Source of the DNA: Bigelowiella natans CCMP2755
Lineage: Eukaryota > Protista > Cercozoa
Direction of reading: 5' to 3'
DNA length: 64,000 nucleotides
NCBI GenBank assembly: GCA_000320545.1
Contig: ADNK01001509.1
Location: 1 to 64,000, forward strand
Shown piece after piece: positions 37,274 to 50,377 of the stretch. Made by a program: the position numbers and the translations under genes. Under the pieces are notes generated by a model. That model was not told the origin of the DNA. It did no database searches and saw only the letters and a program-made list of their open reading frames with translations. Within the stretch, counting starts at the first letter, position 1, and each line of letters starts with the position of its first letter.

Positions 37274-39018
37274 TGTGTGTGTCCTTGACAGTCTGCTACC
37301 TAGAAGTGAACAATGGCCACCTGATAATACCAAATACTAATTTCAACTCAAATGGCTCACATTTCCTTTGCATTGGGGGAGGAAACACCGTAAATCGCTC
37401 AGATCACGCCCTTGGGGGAAAAACAATGAATGAAGATCGCAGGAAATGATACGTCGTATTACATCCACTCTTCAATCTCCCGAAAGCCCACGGTGTCATT
37501 CTCGCCGCCCATCTTCAACGCTGCTGCCTCGCTGCTAAGTCCTCGTCCTGCTTCTTTAGAGTCCGAGAGGGAAGAGGGGGTATTGAGCGGGGAGGAGGTG
37601 GAAGAAGCGCGGGAGGAGGAGCAATGAAGTTTTTCAAACAGATCTGGAAAATCTCTGCGAAGCTCAGCTTTCAATCTGGAGGGCATGCATGAGGGGAGGA
37701 GGTATCCGTTTACGCCAATGCCTATTATTTAGTGTTTCATCACACACAGTCAGCGTAGATCTTGTAAGCTCACCGCAGCCACGATTATAAGAATTATGGT
37801 AAATGATGGATTTTGCTAAATATAATATTTGTAGTGCTGCGGTGAGGGCAAGAGGGTAAGGAGGCATCATCCTTTGCCAACACATACTTTTTATCAATGA
37901 AAAAGGAAGTGTATTTTTTGCTTGAAGTAATCCTCCAGACAAAGGCATGCGAATCTTGGAAAACACTCAAAATTAAAGAGAAAACTACGAAAACTTTTCT
38001 GTTCCGGGAATGCATGTTTAGGGTTTAAATAAGTTATCTTTATTTTGTATCGATCTAGATTTTCTTGAAGCATTCCTGTCGCACTACATGGAATGCTGAG
38101 ATGCTCAGCAATGTGATATCCATCCAGGCAAAACAAATTGAAGACTAGCAAATGAGCCCCTGTTCGTTATTGCAATAAATCAGTCATCACAGGTGCCAAC
38201 ATTACAAAGAGGCCTATTTAAGAATAGGAGATGCATGAAAAAAATTGGAATAATAGCGATGTCAATGGGAGCCAGGACGTGATAAGATATCGATGTTAAT
38301 ATGACAGAGGTGGGTAATTCTCCTTCAATATTCAGACATGGAGGGAGACTCAAAGCACAATAAATCTTATAGCTAACCTCGGGAAGCCTCAAGGCAGTCG
38401 ATAATCTCTCGGTATCTCGTAAGTTGTTCCCTTTCCCCTACCCTGCTTTCTGGTCCAACAGCCACTTCGGACTGTTGTTGTTGTCCTGTCCTTGGAGAAC
38501 CTTGCTTCTCCTCTCTCTCCGCGGAGCCCTCCACGTCGCTCGGGAGAACTCGTCTTCGAAAGACATTGGAACGGATACCTGAGAAATTAGTGCATGTAAA
38601 CTTCATTTTTTTTTTTAAATAGTTAGCCCTTTCATCTTGTCCGCAGGAGGTCTTCTCGCCAATTCTAACAATACTATAACGTACCCTTGATTGCAAAACG
38701 GGTTGTTCTTGTTGTTGATGATGATGGTGGTGGTAAATGGAGCTCAACAAGACGCCGAACGAGCGGGAGAAGCTCCTCATGCGTTGCGAAGGTGATTCTA
38801 AGTTATAAGCAACCATTACGTAGGCAAGCATCTCTGCACCCTCGGGTGAGATCCATGTGTTGCGAAAAACTCCATTATTCATCCTGTTACTACCTTACAG
38901 CCTTTCCCCTGGCCTGCTTTAAGGATATCGCCAGTGAAAGAACTGGTTGGACATCTCCCCGCGACCCACATGCGAGGAAGCACACGTGACCGGAGGCTCC
39001 ATCCCCTGTGCTCTTCAT
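32830..39018 (-). CDS. GT1/GT28-type UDP-glycosyltransferase (sterol glucosyltransferase-like), many exons
   Basis: MKSTGDGASGHVCFLACGSRGDVQP, RITFATH, FNLFCLDGYHIAEHL, EEWM|WPLF, PTPLLY|GVSPSIFPIPGYYP..HTGFW, YIGFGS, HDVLFPRLSAVLHHGGS, ALKAGVPQ, AMRVAKKLSMEDG|VKEAV. Confidence 0.85.
36376..36483. repeat. Compound intronic microsatellite (CT)n(CA)n(TA)n, representative of dozens of simple repeats in the window
   Basis: Directly visible. Similar tracts at e.g. 498-532, 2541-2624, 3797-3853, 20290-20340, 21943-22005, 35351-35412, 37087-37138, 56952-56990, nearly all intronic or intergenic. Confidence 0.95.
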
Positions 39019-39094
39019 CTCCTCTCCCACGCAAGCGCAGAGCTCCAGCAGTTTTCTGGGAGAACATCTGGCAACTCTTTGCAGCCGTTTTTAC

Positions 39095-39915
39095 CCAAAA
39101 AAACCACACACGCAGATGTTCCAGTCTGAAATGCAGGCGATTTCCTGTGGTGGTCGGCAAGACTTGTGTGCACAGAGCAGCACAGATGCATGAACGCACT
39201 GATGCACACGGACGCTGACGACATGCACATGCTGCACTGCAGCATGAGCATTGAAAGGCGCAATGCATGTGCGTCATGCTAGCATGGAGCAGCCTGCCAA
39301 TGTGGTGCGTTCGATCCTTGCAATGGGCACAGCTAGACAGTGATGGAATGCACATTCCACGCATGTTGCATTGCATGCGAGATTGCATCGCACGTCTGAG
39401 GGATGCTCATCACACGGACGTGCAAAAGACACAATGCACATGGAACGTGCATTCCATTGCTGTTTCTGTTTCAATCGACGATCAAGTGACAACATGCACG
39501 TCAGGAATGCCAGAGTGAATCATCAATTCCAAAACTTGTGGCAATGCGGCGGAGATCGACGCGTGCGACGCGCGAAACGATGAGAGACCTGGTGCACAAC
39601 TGTGACATCTAGAAGTGACAATTGTGAACAATGCTAGAATGTGGTCTGACATGGCTAGCTACTTAGGTTCACATGGTGTCTGGACATGCTGCAGCAAGCA
39701 CGTCTTGCTAGATGTGCCTGGATGCTAGCATGCAACTAGGCAAGCACACCGCACGTCACGTGGCGTCGATGTATGAGCGACATGTCTAGATGTGCCCGCG
39801 CTAGCGCGAGCTTGATCGCGACCACCACAGCGCTTGAACTGCATGCAGCTAGCAAAGTCCGCACATGCAACATGTGCATGCATCGCATGCAATGGGCATT
39901 GTGACTGAACGATTC
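39095..39915. other. TpA-depleted, CTAG-retaining intergenic island 2
   Basis: Hand count: 14 TA in ~820 bp, 11 in CTAG; exceptions at ~39660, 39664 and 39772. Very rich in CATG/TGCA/CACA/TGTG; CpG retained. Confidence 0.9.
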
Positions 39916-40165
39916 AATACAACTTGAATTGGTCAGAGCACGATTGCTGGCGCGCGTACGCTGGTCATCTCGCGATGTGCGTTGCGATTATTTCACGTTC
40001 AGACATGGTACGGCACGTACAGCATGCATGTACCATTGTCTTTCAAAAAGTCGCACAGCAATGAATGACATGACTTTTGATGACATAGTCATAAACTGAT
40101 ATTCCTACCAAACATAATTATGCTTTGTAAAAATATGTCGTACATCTACACATAGATTCAGGCAA

Positions 40166-40999
40166 TCATGTGATACCTGAAGTATTCAGTGACGACTCTG
40201 TCATGTTACTGCTATTATTTGCGGTGGTAGCGGCCTTCATTTTCTTCAAATATCCCGGCTTTAAAAGTCTACGAACCATCGTGTACAAAGTATGCCAGCA
40301 ATGAAGAACAAAGTGTTAATCACATGTGTGACGGATAAAATACAATACGAAGATCTGTCTCATGAATTACAAATGAACACCTGCTTCTAAAGATACTATT
40401 CAGGATTTATACTTTACAATAAAGTAATCTTGAAAATTTATGTAATGTACGTACTCTTCTGGGGGAATCTTCCAGGGGACCGGCTCGTTCTTGGAAGATA
40501 AAATGAGAAATTATTTTCATCTTGAATCAACAAACACAAAACTGATCTTAGATACCAATGACGGCACGGGGGGTTCTCTTGAAAACTTCGGAGCTCCAGT
40601 GATAATCTCGTCCGAGTTCACACTCGAAAATATATTTTCCGACTCACTGGGTCGATTGGCTGTGCGCAGCTTCGTGTGGACAAAGCGACACCTACTTCCC
40701 CAGCTGCATCTCCTGATAAGAAGACATGAGGAGGCCCATCACAAATTACCCAAACGATTTTTAAAAGAATTAAGACCCTTGGAGAAAGTCTCTGCATAAA
40801 GGTGCATCGTCGCGAGGTAGGAGCAGCTAATGCAGCATGACAAAGAATGAGGCGGATTAAAGACGATAAAAGAACTTTATCTACCCACCTTGTTCCGAGG
40901 CCGATCGTGAAACTTGCTTAAAAACCCAGTACAAACAACTGTTGCAATGACAGCTAAGCCTACCACAGCGTTGCATGCCCACCCGCCCCACCCGGGCAT
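40166..40999 (-). CDS. Small CCCH zinc-finger protein with N-terminal hydrophobic segment
   Basis: MPGWGGWACNAVVGLAVIATVVCTGF...NK|LLLPRDDAPLCRDFLQG|RCSWGSRCRFVH (C-x7-C-x5-C-x3-H across an intron). 3' exons are tentative. Confidence 0.7.
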
Positions 41000-41793
41000 A
41001 CTGTCGGATGGGGAGGTGCACTAGTTCTCGTGCGAGGCTGTCGACAAATTATCCAGAGATAAGCAGTGACATCTAGGACAGAAATACACCGAAATACATG
41101 TGAATTAGGATTCGCGACTTGCCATTATGGGCAATGAATTAAGAAAATGTAAAAATACGAGTATTGTTGTGCCACGATCTCCTCCCCGGACAAACCGGAT
41201 GAGAATTCCTCCTACAAACTTCCTAAAAGTATATGTCTAGAAAGCCTTATCAAGGTTTGATCTAAGAAAGAAACGCATAATCGAACATACGCGAAGAATA
41301 ATTGATAATATTAGATATTTACTCGATAAAATAAATTCTACATGTAAGAACAGCAAACTCGATCGGTGATCCAAAAGATTGCCAGACACAAGCACGACTT
41401 ATCAGAGCGAACTCACGTGCCCCCTGCAGTGCACGCCGATTTGAAGAATGCGGCGTCTTCACGTCTGTACATATATGCACACACAAGAGAGGGAGTGACA
41501 ATATTGGAAAATTGTGCACGAACATAACATATTTACCGAAAAAGTGGCGCGATCATTCTAACAAAACAGAACGATGATGACGGAGATGCGATGTTTAAAA
41601 ATGAGTGCTCTTAGCTTCACCTCATCTGCCATAATTTCTCTTTTTCCCATACTATTAGCTTCTGAGGAGACACCCGCGGCTGTGGATTTCACGAGCTTTG
41701 GTGTTAGCCTCGAAAGGAGGTCTGGGTGCGGCTGCAGGTCTTAGTGCAACTGCCTGCTTCGTATCAGTCGGATTCTATCCTTTTCACTCTTCT

Positions 41794-42756
41794 ATGGCTT
41801 CCCCTCTACCCCCCTCAACGCCTTCATCTTGTACCACAACCTCTTCAACAACGACCCCCCTGTCTTCGGCCTCTCCTCCACGTCAGCACCAGTCTCCCCC
41901 ATTTCTTTTAATATCTGAAAACGAGTCTCTTGTCGAAGGGGTTCGTGTGCGCATGCTCTCACAGGGTGACGTCACATCACATCCCCATCGTGTCGGTGGC
42001 CATCCGATATTTATGTACGAGGAAAGTGGAGATCAGCTCGAAGAGAGCAGGGAGGGACATGAATCAGCGCCATCAATAAAACGGAGGCGGCGGCGGCGTA
42101 TCTTGAAGCCTCTGATACGGGGTGTGAGGGGAGAGCGAGAACTTCAATTCTACAAGGACGTGCGGCATTCACCTATCCTTAGAGGTAAAATAATACGGAA
42201 ACACCCAAAATGTGTTTATAGTCTAACCGGAAGGTCGATATCCATAATATGTTATGACACACACACACACACATACACAGACATATAAAATATAAATACA
42301 CGCAACATATCAGTGCATCATTCCTTTCCCGTAGCCATTACAGCCTACACCGCAGTATGCAAGCCCTTGAATGGCCCTCTTGAACCCAACAGCTTTAGCA
42401 CTCCTTTCTGAACATAAATATGGTGGCATCAATCAGACATTGTCCCCGAGTTCCACGGTATTGCTACTATCGATGGAAAGGTGAGGACCCCGTTATGAAG
42501 CACCTAATTATCAACATTATCCCGATCATTATCACATCATCGTAGATGTTCCTGGAATTAGAGGACTTGACTGCAGGCTTTGTTCTGCCCTGCATCATCG
42601 ACATCAAAATAGGCCGGTCGGATCCAAACGCGTTTTCAATTTTGGGTCGTTTGCTCCATGTCTCGCATGGGCGCGTACAATGCGAACAATCGAGGAGGGA
42701 GGGGGGGGGAGAAGGGTGCCTGACGATGTTGAAATCGGGAAAATATTCCTAATTTT

Positions 42757-42796
<40 letters not shown>

Positions 42797-44116
42797 TGCT
42801 TCTATGTAGCCGAACGTGGGGTCCTGATGCTTCAGCGGCCAAGATCAGATCTGCTTTGCAAAAGTAGAAGTCACACCGAGACGAAACAATAATTACCACG
42901 AATATAGCCGTCCGTCCCCGAACACATGGCTCCAACCCTTCCGATACGATTCGAGCTCATACAAACCCCTCCATCAGCCGTTTCCTCAGCACCATGACCA
43001 CTGCCCTGCTGACCCGTCCTGTTTAGGTATCGTTATCAATCACACGTCGGCTTTCGTATCGTTGGGATCAGACGACCTGAGAAGAGCGCAATAGAGCCTT
43101 CTCTCTCCCCAGCCGAAGCATCGGTGCCAATGGCAGCCGCAGCAACGCCGCTCCCGTCGTATCATTACGTGGTATATCCGAAAAAGTTTGGCAGGAAGCT
43201 GACCCCGGAGAACGTGGGCAGCGTCGGGTTGTCCAGCTTCATCCCAATGCCGTCTTGTGACGGGGACGAGAACAGCGACAGGAGCGCATCGTCAAAGGCG
43301 GTGATAGCGCAGGCCATTGACAAACTCAGAGAGTAATAATACGATCGATACGAACGGGGGGGATAGGCGTGACGCACGTGTGATGACAGTGATAATGGGT
43401 GCCAACGATGATAATGATGATGACGACGACGATGGTGATGACGATATGGAAAGTGTAATCAAACGACGTGGCACATTAACACTAGCCTCCTTCACGAGGA
43501 GTAGAGCTCCTTTGTACGTGGTGAAGTCCCGGAAGGAGATATAAATATAATATATAAATATATACATATATATATATATATTTTACATTATAACTCCTCG
43601 TCCTCATTAATCAGTATGTCGGCGCGACTCGAGATCGGTGGAGGCAAACACCGCCTTTACTCATCCTCGGTATTCTACCACAACCATGTTCTTCCCGCGT
43701 TTTAAGAAGTGTTGCTATATTTGAGTTCCATTTCTTTTTTTCTCGAGAAAACGATTTTAATGGTGGTGAGATTCAAGCTGAGCACATACAGCATGACATG
43801 ATGCTTGTCATCCATTGAAAAAGATGAAATTGTTGTTTCTGTTCCTACGTGTAATAAGGTGCTGATAGTGTACGAGGGATATCGGCCGGACGATCAGAAA
43901 ACAAAGAGCAGCACAGACAACGACAACTCCACTACCCTATCTCGGAAACCATTATCAGAACCACTGCCGCCGCCTCGTGTTGAAGTCAAATTGATAGATT
44001 TTGCGCACGCACACCCACCGACAGACGGGTCGCCACGAGATGATGATTTCCTTTTTGGACTACATTCACTCATTTCCCACATGTCTAGTCTTCTGGAGTC
44101 CGGGGATAGAAAGTGA
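41794..44116 (+). CDS. IPMK: Inositol polyphosphate multikinase (IPK superfamily, IPMK/Ipk2-like)
   Basis: VGGH, LKP..RGERELQFY, VPEFHG, LELEDLT..F..PCIIDIKIG (PxxxDxKxG), GFRIVG, KKFGRKLT, YSSS|VLIVYEG, VKLIDFAH, DDDFLFGL. Start is tentative. Confidence 0.9.
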
Positions 44117-44738
44117 TCGGAGTAGAGCACGATGATGCACGCACAGAATTTCGGGACGAATAATAAATCCATTCCCTAGTCCTTTGTAACATTTCCTGCT
44201 GTCACGATACACTAGATGCCGTACAGCTAGGACACCATCATCGTCTTCGTAGCGTCAGTCTCGCGTTATTGCGCGGTGCAATTAATCTAATGAATATCTG
44301 GAGATGTATAGCTACGGCGAAATCACAACTGATGGACATGCGGAGCTTTCTCACGATGTATAATACTAATTTGCTTCGAGCGCTACCTATTTAAGATCAA
44401 AGCTTATTAATTGTGCCATAGCAATACCAAATCTACCTCCCCGTGCATGTGCCGCCCGCCATTCGAAAATGAATAACGCGACAGGCGTATTTATAACATA
44501 AGCAATTTTTGAATCGAAGTACGACAAAAGCGCGATATAAATACATGTAGCAGCTGTATTAACAGTGGTACTAATAATGCCTCACTTTTCAAGCATCAGG
44601 TATACAGGGCACTATACTGAACAATGCTAACAGAAGAACCCATTGTGTGCTCTCTACTTGTACATAATCGCACCTCTTTGCACGGTGCTTGCAACAGCTG
44701 CTTGGAGGAGCAGACAACGTTTGGCCTACAACTCACCG

Positions 44739-46309
44739 CTACATATTCCGACCACCGTTATCCAGAAACTCATGTCTCGCAGAAACATCACTGGCATGCT
44801 GTAGCTCTCTGCTGCTGATGTTATTTCCTTCCTTCAGAATAGTGAGGGAGGACATCAATCCAGTGGTAACACGACCAAACTGCAAAGGAGGTGTGCCGCT
44901 TCTGAACGCAGCACTCTTCTGGTCTCCTTCTACATCGTCCTTGCTCTCATCAATAGCACTGTCGTATTGTTTAGCCTTGCGACTATCCGCACCACTTGTC
45001 TGTCCTCCTCCTTCTCTCCCCCCTCCCCCAGCAGCCACCACCCCACTTGACGCCATTGGAACGCCGCTCCTTTTACTCTTACTTAGGGTACTGAGTGTTG
45101 CCGTCACGGCCGATGAAATTACCTGGTTTATATTGCAAAGTGGATTCAAGCATTCTTCAGTTCTCATGGAGGAGAAGACACTTTTGTATCATACGGAATG
45201 CGAGAAGCATGCTTAAATATCAAAAGCAAACTGACCTCGTAGTAAAACTTAAAAGGCCAGCTAAGGATCACCATCGTGCAGTTAATTCCCACATCTATGC
45301 ATGCCAGCTGAGGGATATGATTAACGTGTTACTATGTGCTAAAGAGAAGGGATTTTAGAGAGTAACAGATGATGGTTATACTCGACAGCGAGGTCTACAA
45401 GAAAAGCAGATTCGAATTCAAATGCAAATTCGCATTTCAGCAGAAAATGGGGTCTTTCCTGTATCATTCCACCTACCTTTGACATAACGGTTACGAGAAG
45501 GAAATCTGCCTTCCGGGGTCCTCTATATGTAGGATAGGTTCATTTTGTGTTGTCAATGTCGCTACAACAGTGTATTTATAACCGTTTGCTACCCATTTCT
45601 ACCTTGGAGCAAGGATGGCGTACAAGAACCTATTATTGATACGAACAAGAAGAATATACATCTCGGTTTCGTATTGTTATTGTCTTTTTCATCATAGTGA
45701 GAGATTTGCGTTGCTTTAAATTATTTGTATAAAAAACAACCAATGACCTGCCCCCCCCCCCCCCCCCCCCAACCCATTTTTAATTTGGTTTCTTACAACA
45801 GAAAGGTGCTGATGATAGCTACGGCCATGCAAATGCTATTGCGGACTACAGCGCCCTTGATGGACCTATGAGCATGGAACGTATCTAAGTTTTAAGAGGG
45901 ATGGATGCTTGCACTATATGCAACATGCAGAGGCACTGTAAATCATCGGCACCTGTGCTTTTCCATTCAAAGTACAAATACCGATCGAAAGCTAATAATG
46001 ATTCTCATTAACATCACCATGATCCCACTCCACTACCCCCCTCCTCCCCTTAATAATCATAATCATCGTTGTGATATCTTATCATACGCGAGGGCTTTGA
46101 ACATGAACAACGGCGCTGCCAAAATTACTACACAATTTATGCTAAAATATGCGGGGTGGAGAGGAGGAAGAACAAAGCGAAATTTGAACATGAAACTTCA
46201 GTACGAGACGTGTTTTATTAGAGGGTGACGGACATATCCAAAAGAGGAAAAATTCGTAAGAAGAAATATAGAAAGAGAATTAGCTCTACCGCATTCATAT
46301 GTGCGCTTG

Positions 46310-46349
<40 letters not shown>

Positions 46350-47237
46350 TAGCCAGAGAGACACGATGAGAGAGTGGGATTGAGGTGAGGTAGAATCATG
46401 CAGCAATATCCACCTGATGGTAGTGTCGAGAATCAAAAATGCAAACACCGCAACACCCCATTGGAATCTGGTGTAAATGCGAACAAAAATGTTGTCAAGA
46501 GCTAAAGATTTTTCCAAATCAAGCAACAAACAATGGCAATACTTCCCCAAAATGACCCCCTCCCCACCCAATACCATCTCTCTCATCAATTTATCTGACT
46601 CGACGCAGTGGGGTGTCCCTTCGACGTTGAGAAATTCCCTGAGTTGGTGGAATTGAAAAAAATGAAGAGAGGAGATATGGTAGGAAATGTTTGGCCACAA
46701 TGAGGGGCATGCGTAGCGTGCTGTTACCTTGAAAACACACTTGCTACGACAACGACGTAAAGTGTTACCGGAAGGTATATAAAATGGATCAAAATTCCTG
46801 TCAAGCATCTACATCATGATTTGGCCACGTATCGTAGTTTATACTCTGGCGTATTTCATAATAGCATTTAATAGAATATTTTCATACATTATATACTGGT
46901 CGGGGATAGTTATTACTCGTAAAGTAAGCCAATTTTTTCATCTGTAGCATTGGATCATAGCTTTTCCGTCGCGATTTAGATGACACAAAGACATGGGCAA
47001 CAAATCAACGATTTCACTTCAAAGAAGTATCATCCAAACCACGAAAGAGTTATGATGTGAAGAAAATTTAGAGATTTTCAGGATTACTGAATGCACATAG
47101 GTGTTGTTAGTTGTTGGGGGATAATACAGTGTGGCCTTGGCGACAAGAAGTCGATAGAGCAGAAAGTTCGTAACGTATAAAACGCTTATCCCAAGCGCAT
47201 ATACAAAATTGCAGGTGCTAAGGGAACTTATGGGATA

Positions 47238-47287
<50 letters not shown>

Positions 47288-47935
47288 AGGGCGTGAGGGG
47301 GGAGCAAATACATACTACTAAATTTTGCAAGCTTCCATGCGAATTACAAATTTTCAAATGGATCATACAAACGGATTCCCGTTGGTATAATAAATGGTGA
47401 AGTAGGACATTGGTTGTGAGGTGTTGTATCATCGATTCTATACACCTGTCCGGATCATACAATAGTATACATATAGTGGCTGGCAGCCCCACTGTGACAA
47501 GGAATCCGAAGAAACTTGGTTTTATCGCAAATGCCCAGAGTGGGATAAGTGATATGAAAGAAAAATGGTATGAGGACAGGAGTGAGGTAGAGGTAAGATG
47601 AACGAATAGCACTGACATCATTGAGTCAATCTGGACCCTCTTCACCGAATCCTGATAAAAACACACGTTGCATTCTGTTTGGGTAAAAGGAAAGTATTCG
47701 TGAAGCTGAAGACCGTACCAGCGTGCGGCTAGACCAGTTAAGACGCACAAGGGCCACCAAGTGCTACATACATGAAAGGATTGACTTTTATCCGCAACCG
47801 ATGCACGATTCGTTAGTCTGATGTTACCAGGATCGCAGAGACGATGACCTCGATGATAAGGAAAATGATTAAGATCCTTGCCGAGAGATTGAAACTCCTC
47901 GAGGTCAAGTCATCATAGAAGAGGTAGCCAGCCAT
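44739..47935 (-). CDS. 7TM GPCR-like membrane protein, multi-exon
   Basis: MAGYLFYDDLTSRSFNLSA (sequon) followed by TM-like exons ILIIFLIIEVIVSAIL, FFGFLVTVGLPATICILL, CNFVYALGISVLYVTNFLLYRLL (Cys at TM3 start), WGVAVFAFLILDTTI, RNSICMAVAIISTFL, IDVGINCTMVILSW, and a polar last exon 44739-45167. TM4 was not cleanly traced. Confidence 0.65.
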
Positions 47936-48277
47936 TGTCAGTGGAAATTGGGAATCTGAGGCAAGGATGAAGAGGGATTTGTGTTGCGACAATGATTTGT
48001 ATGTGTCGCCGGTATTAAAAAGGGCATTATTAATTTAGAACCATTTTTAACCGGAGAACTATCGTACAAAAGAAGACAGAATTGGAACAAGAGAAAAAGT
48101 GTCGGGTCTTCTTCCCGCCGCCGGGGTCATAAACAACGTTCTTTTGCCGAATAAATATCCATTTTCAAAACATGCAAGTAGGGTAGCTCGAGGAGTCCTT
48201 TAACTAACAAACTTGTCCAAACTACGAAGTCGTAGGGGCAAAAAACCATCCGATTGAGATGATCGATCTCACATGGT

Positions 48278-49745
48278 ATGGACTACAACAGAAACAACAT
48301 TCAACCAGCCTCGCCACCCGAACCCCCTCTTCCGCGTTTTTGGCATCGTAATATGCTGCGGGGGTTGGCGCGAGGCCGGAATGGGAATAGATCGATGTAG
48401 TATTTTACTTATGGCACGGAGGTGTTCATTCAGTGCTATATCCTGATTGAGAAACTGTGTTTTCCTTAGCACCGAGGAGATGCTGAAGCGTATGCGATTG
48501 TCCAACTCGGTTGAAAGTCGTATTGGTGCTCTCGAGGTTTGTTTTCCGTATACATCTTTTTTGGCTGAAGAAAATGCTCAGCATATGCTTGTGTAGCATG
48601 TGAGGAGAAGAATGCGTGGCGCTCGTTTGGCTGACTGGGCTGACCTCGGAGGATTGAAACTGGTGGAGGAGTGGGTCGTATGGGCCTTGAAACTGGACGA
48701 ACGTGCAAAAATGTAATAGATAAAGCGTATTATCTTCATCAAGATACACCATGAACTTGGTTATTCATTGTACACAGCAAAAAGATCTTACGGAACGCCT
48801 ACATAATCGCCAAGAATGCCAGTCTGGTCGATAGAGCGCTGAATCCCGAAGGAAAGGATGATTTTAAGCGGCTGTGGCAATTGTACGACACATGTTTTGA
48901 GAAAACCATTTTTATTCTTTCCATTCTTCCGCTGAATTTGTTTTTCTTGGCTGCCGCGTTCACCTTTCACGCAGATTTCGGAGAGATGATCTTCCAGAGG
49001 ATGAAGCTCCGGGGGTAGAGGTGGCTCGGCGTTGTTGTCTTTGCCGGAAGAAAGCGCCTAATGTCGAGGTGAAGAAAAATCATGCTGCTGCTGCGACTAA
49101 GGAAAAAGTACCTAGCAATACTGCTATGAGTACACCGCAGCTACAATCCAAATCAACTCAAGGTAGTGAGTATTCTATATTGTGTGTGAGTGTGAGAGAG
49201 AGAGAGAGCGAGAGAGAGAGGGGGGGGGGGGAGTAAATATTTGGATGTCTAACATTTGGCGTTGTGCACGATGAAGTGCATGGCACATTCATTTTATTTA
49301 ATACCGTCGTTTGAACCTCAGGGTCAACCAAACCTACCAAGGAAAAGACGACGATGAACGCGACAACTACCGAAGACGAAAAACGTATATTCTTGTTATT
49401 CTCCCTCCCCCCCCTTCCCCCCCCCCCCTCTCTTTTTGTACCCTCCAAAGTGTTGTACATTTAGACTATCTTTCCTACTTCCACCTTCATCAACCCTAGT
49501 GCCGTGTTATTCATCTTTATCACTTCATCGTTGTCGCCGTTGTCACATGCCTTCAGCCTCCGACAGCACTGATCTGGATGTGCTTTCATGGCTGTCTTCG
49601 AGACCTGCTGTTCGGAATAAAAAGACCAGCACGAAGAGACCGTATCTCCACCAGTCCTCAGTGGTATCTGTTCTGCCATGTATCTAAGCTAGCCCGCAGC
49701 AGCTCATGATGATGTTTTTGTTGTTGTTGTTGTTGTTGTTGTTGT

Positions 49746-49779
<34 letters not shown>

Positions 49780-50340
49780 CATGTTCCGGTTTATCTTTAC
49801 CATGGAGGCTGTCGCTGTTGGAGGGGTTTGAAATGCAATGCCACCAAATATTACATTAATACTTGAAGCAATAATTAAGTAGAATTTGTCATACCTGTGT
49901 CGTTTTCTTGACTTTCAAGATAATAAAGAAAAAGGGTCCTGCGGTGAATAGAACCAACGTCAAGAAAGGTAATCATAAAAATGATAACCCACAGAAAGAA
50001 GTTGATTTAGGGAGAAGACAACATAAAGGGATGTGGATACCCGTTGTGATTTGTGGCGTGAGCCTGCTGTAGCTAGGCAGAATCGCAATGTGGATTACGT
50101 GTGTGAGTGTGCGTGTGATTGTGAGTGTGACTCTCTTTTGTGTTAGCCCACCCTTGAAATACGAGTTGTTTGTAAATTGTAAGCCGTCGAAGTATCATGC
50201 ATCATTATCATGACAATTATAGGTGTACGCCTTCGTTCATTTTCTTAATTTTATGCTGTAACGATAGGCCTTCCGAAGATACCACCATCAACAACTTCGG
50301 CAGCATCATTACGCGGTGCTGGATCTTCCATATCTATTTC

Positions 50341-50377
<37 letters not shown>

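Noticed and set aside
39095-39915. RIP or ordinary CpG-methylation decay as the explanation for the islands
   Set aside because: RIP would enrich TA, and CpG decay would deplete CG; here TA is lost and CG persists.
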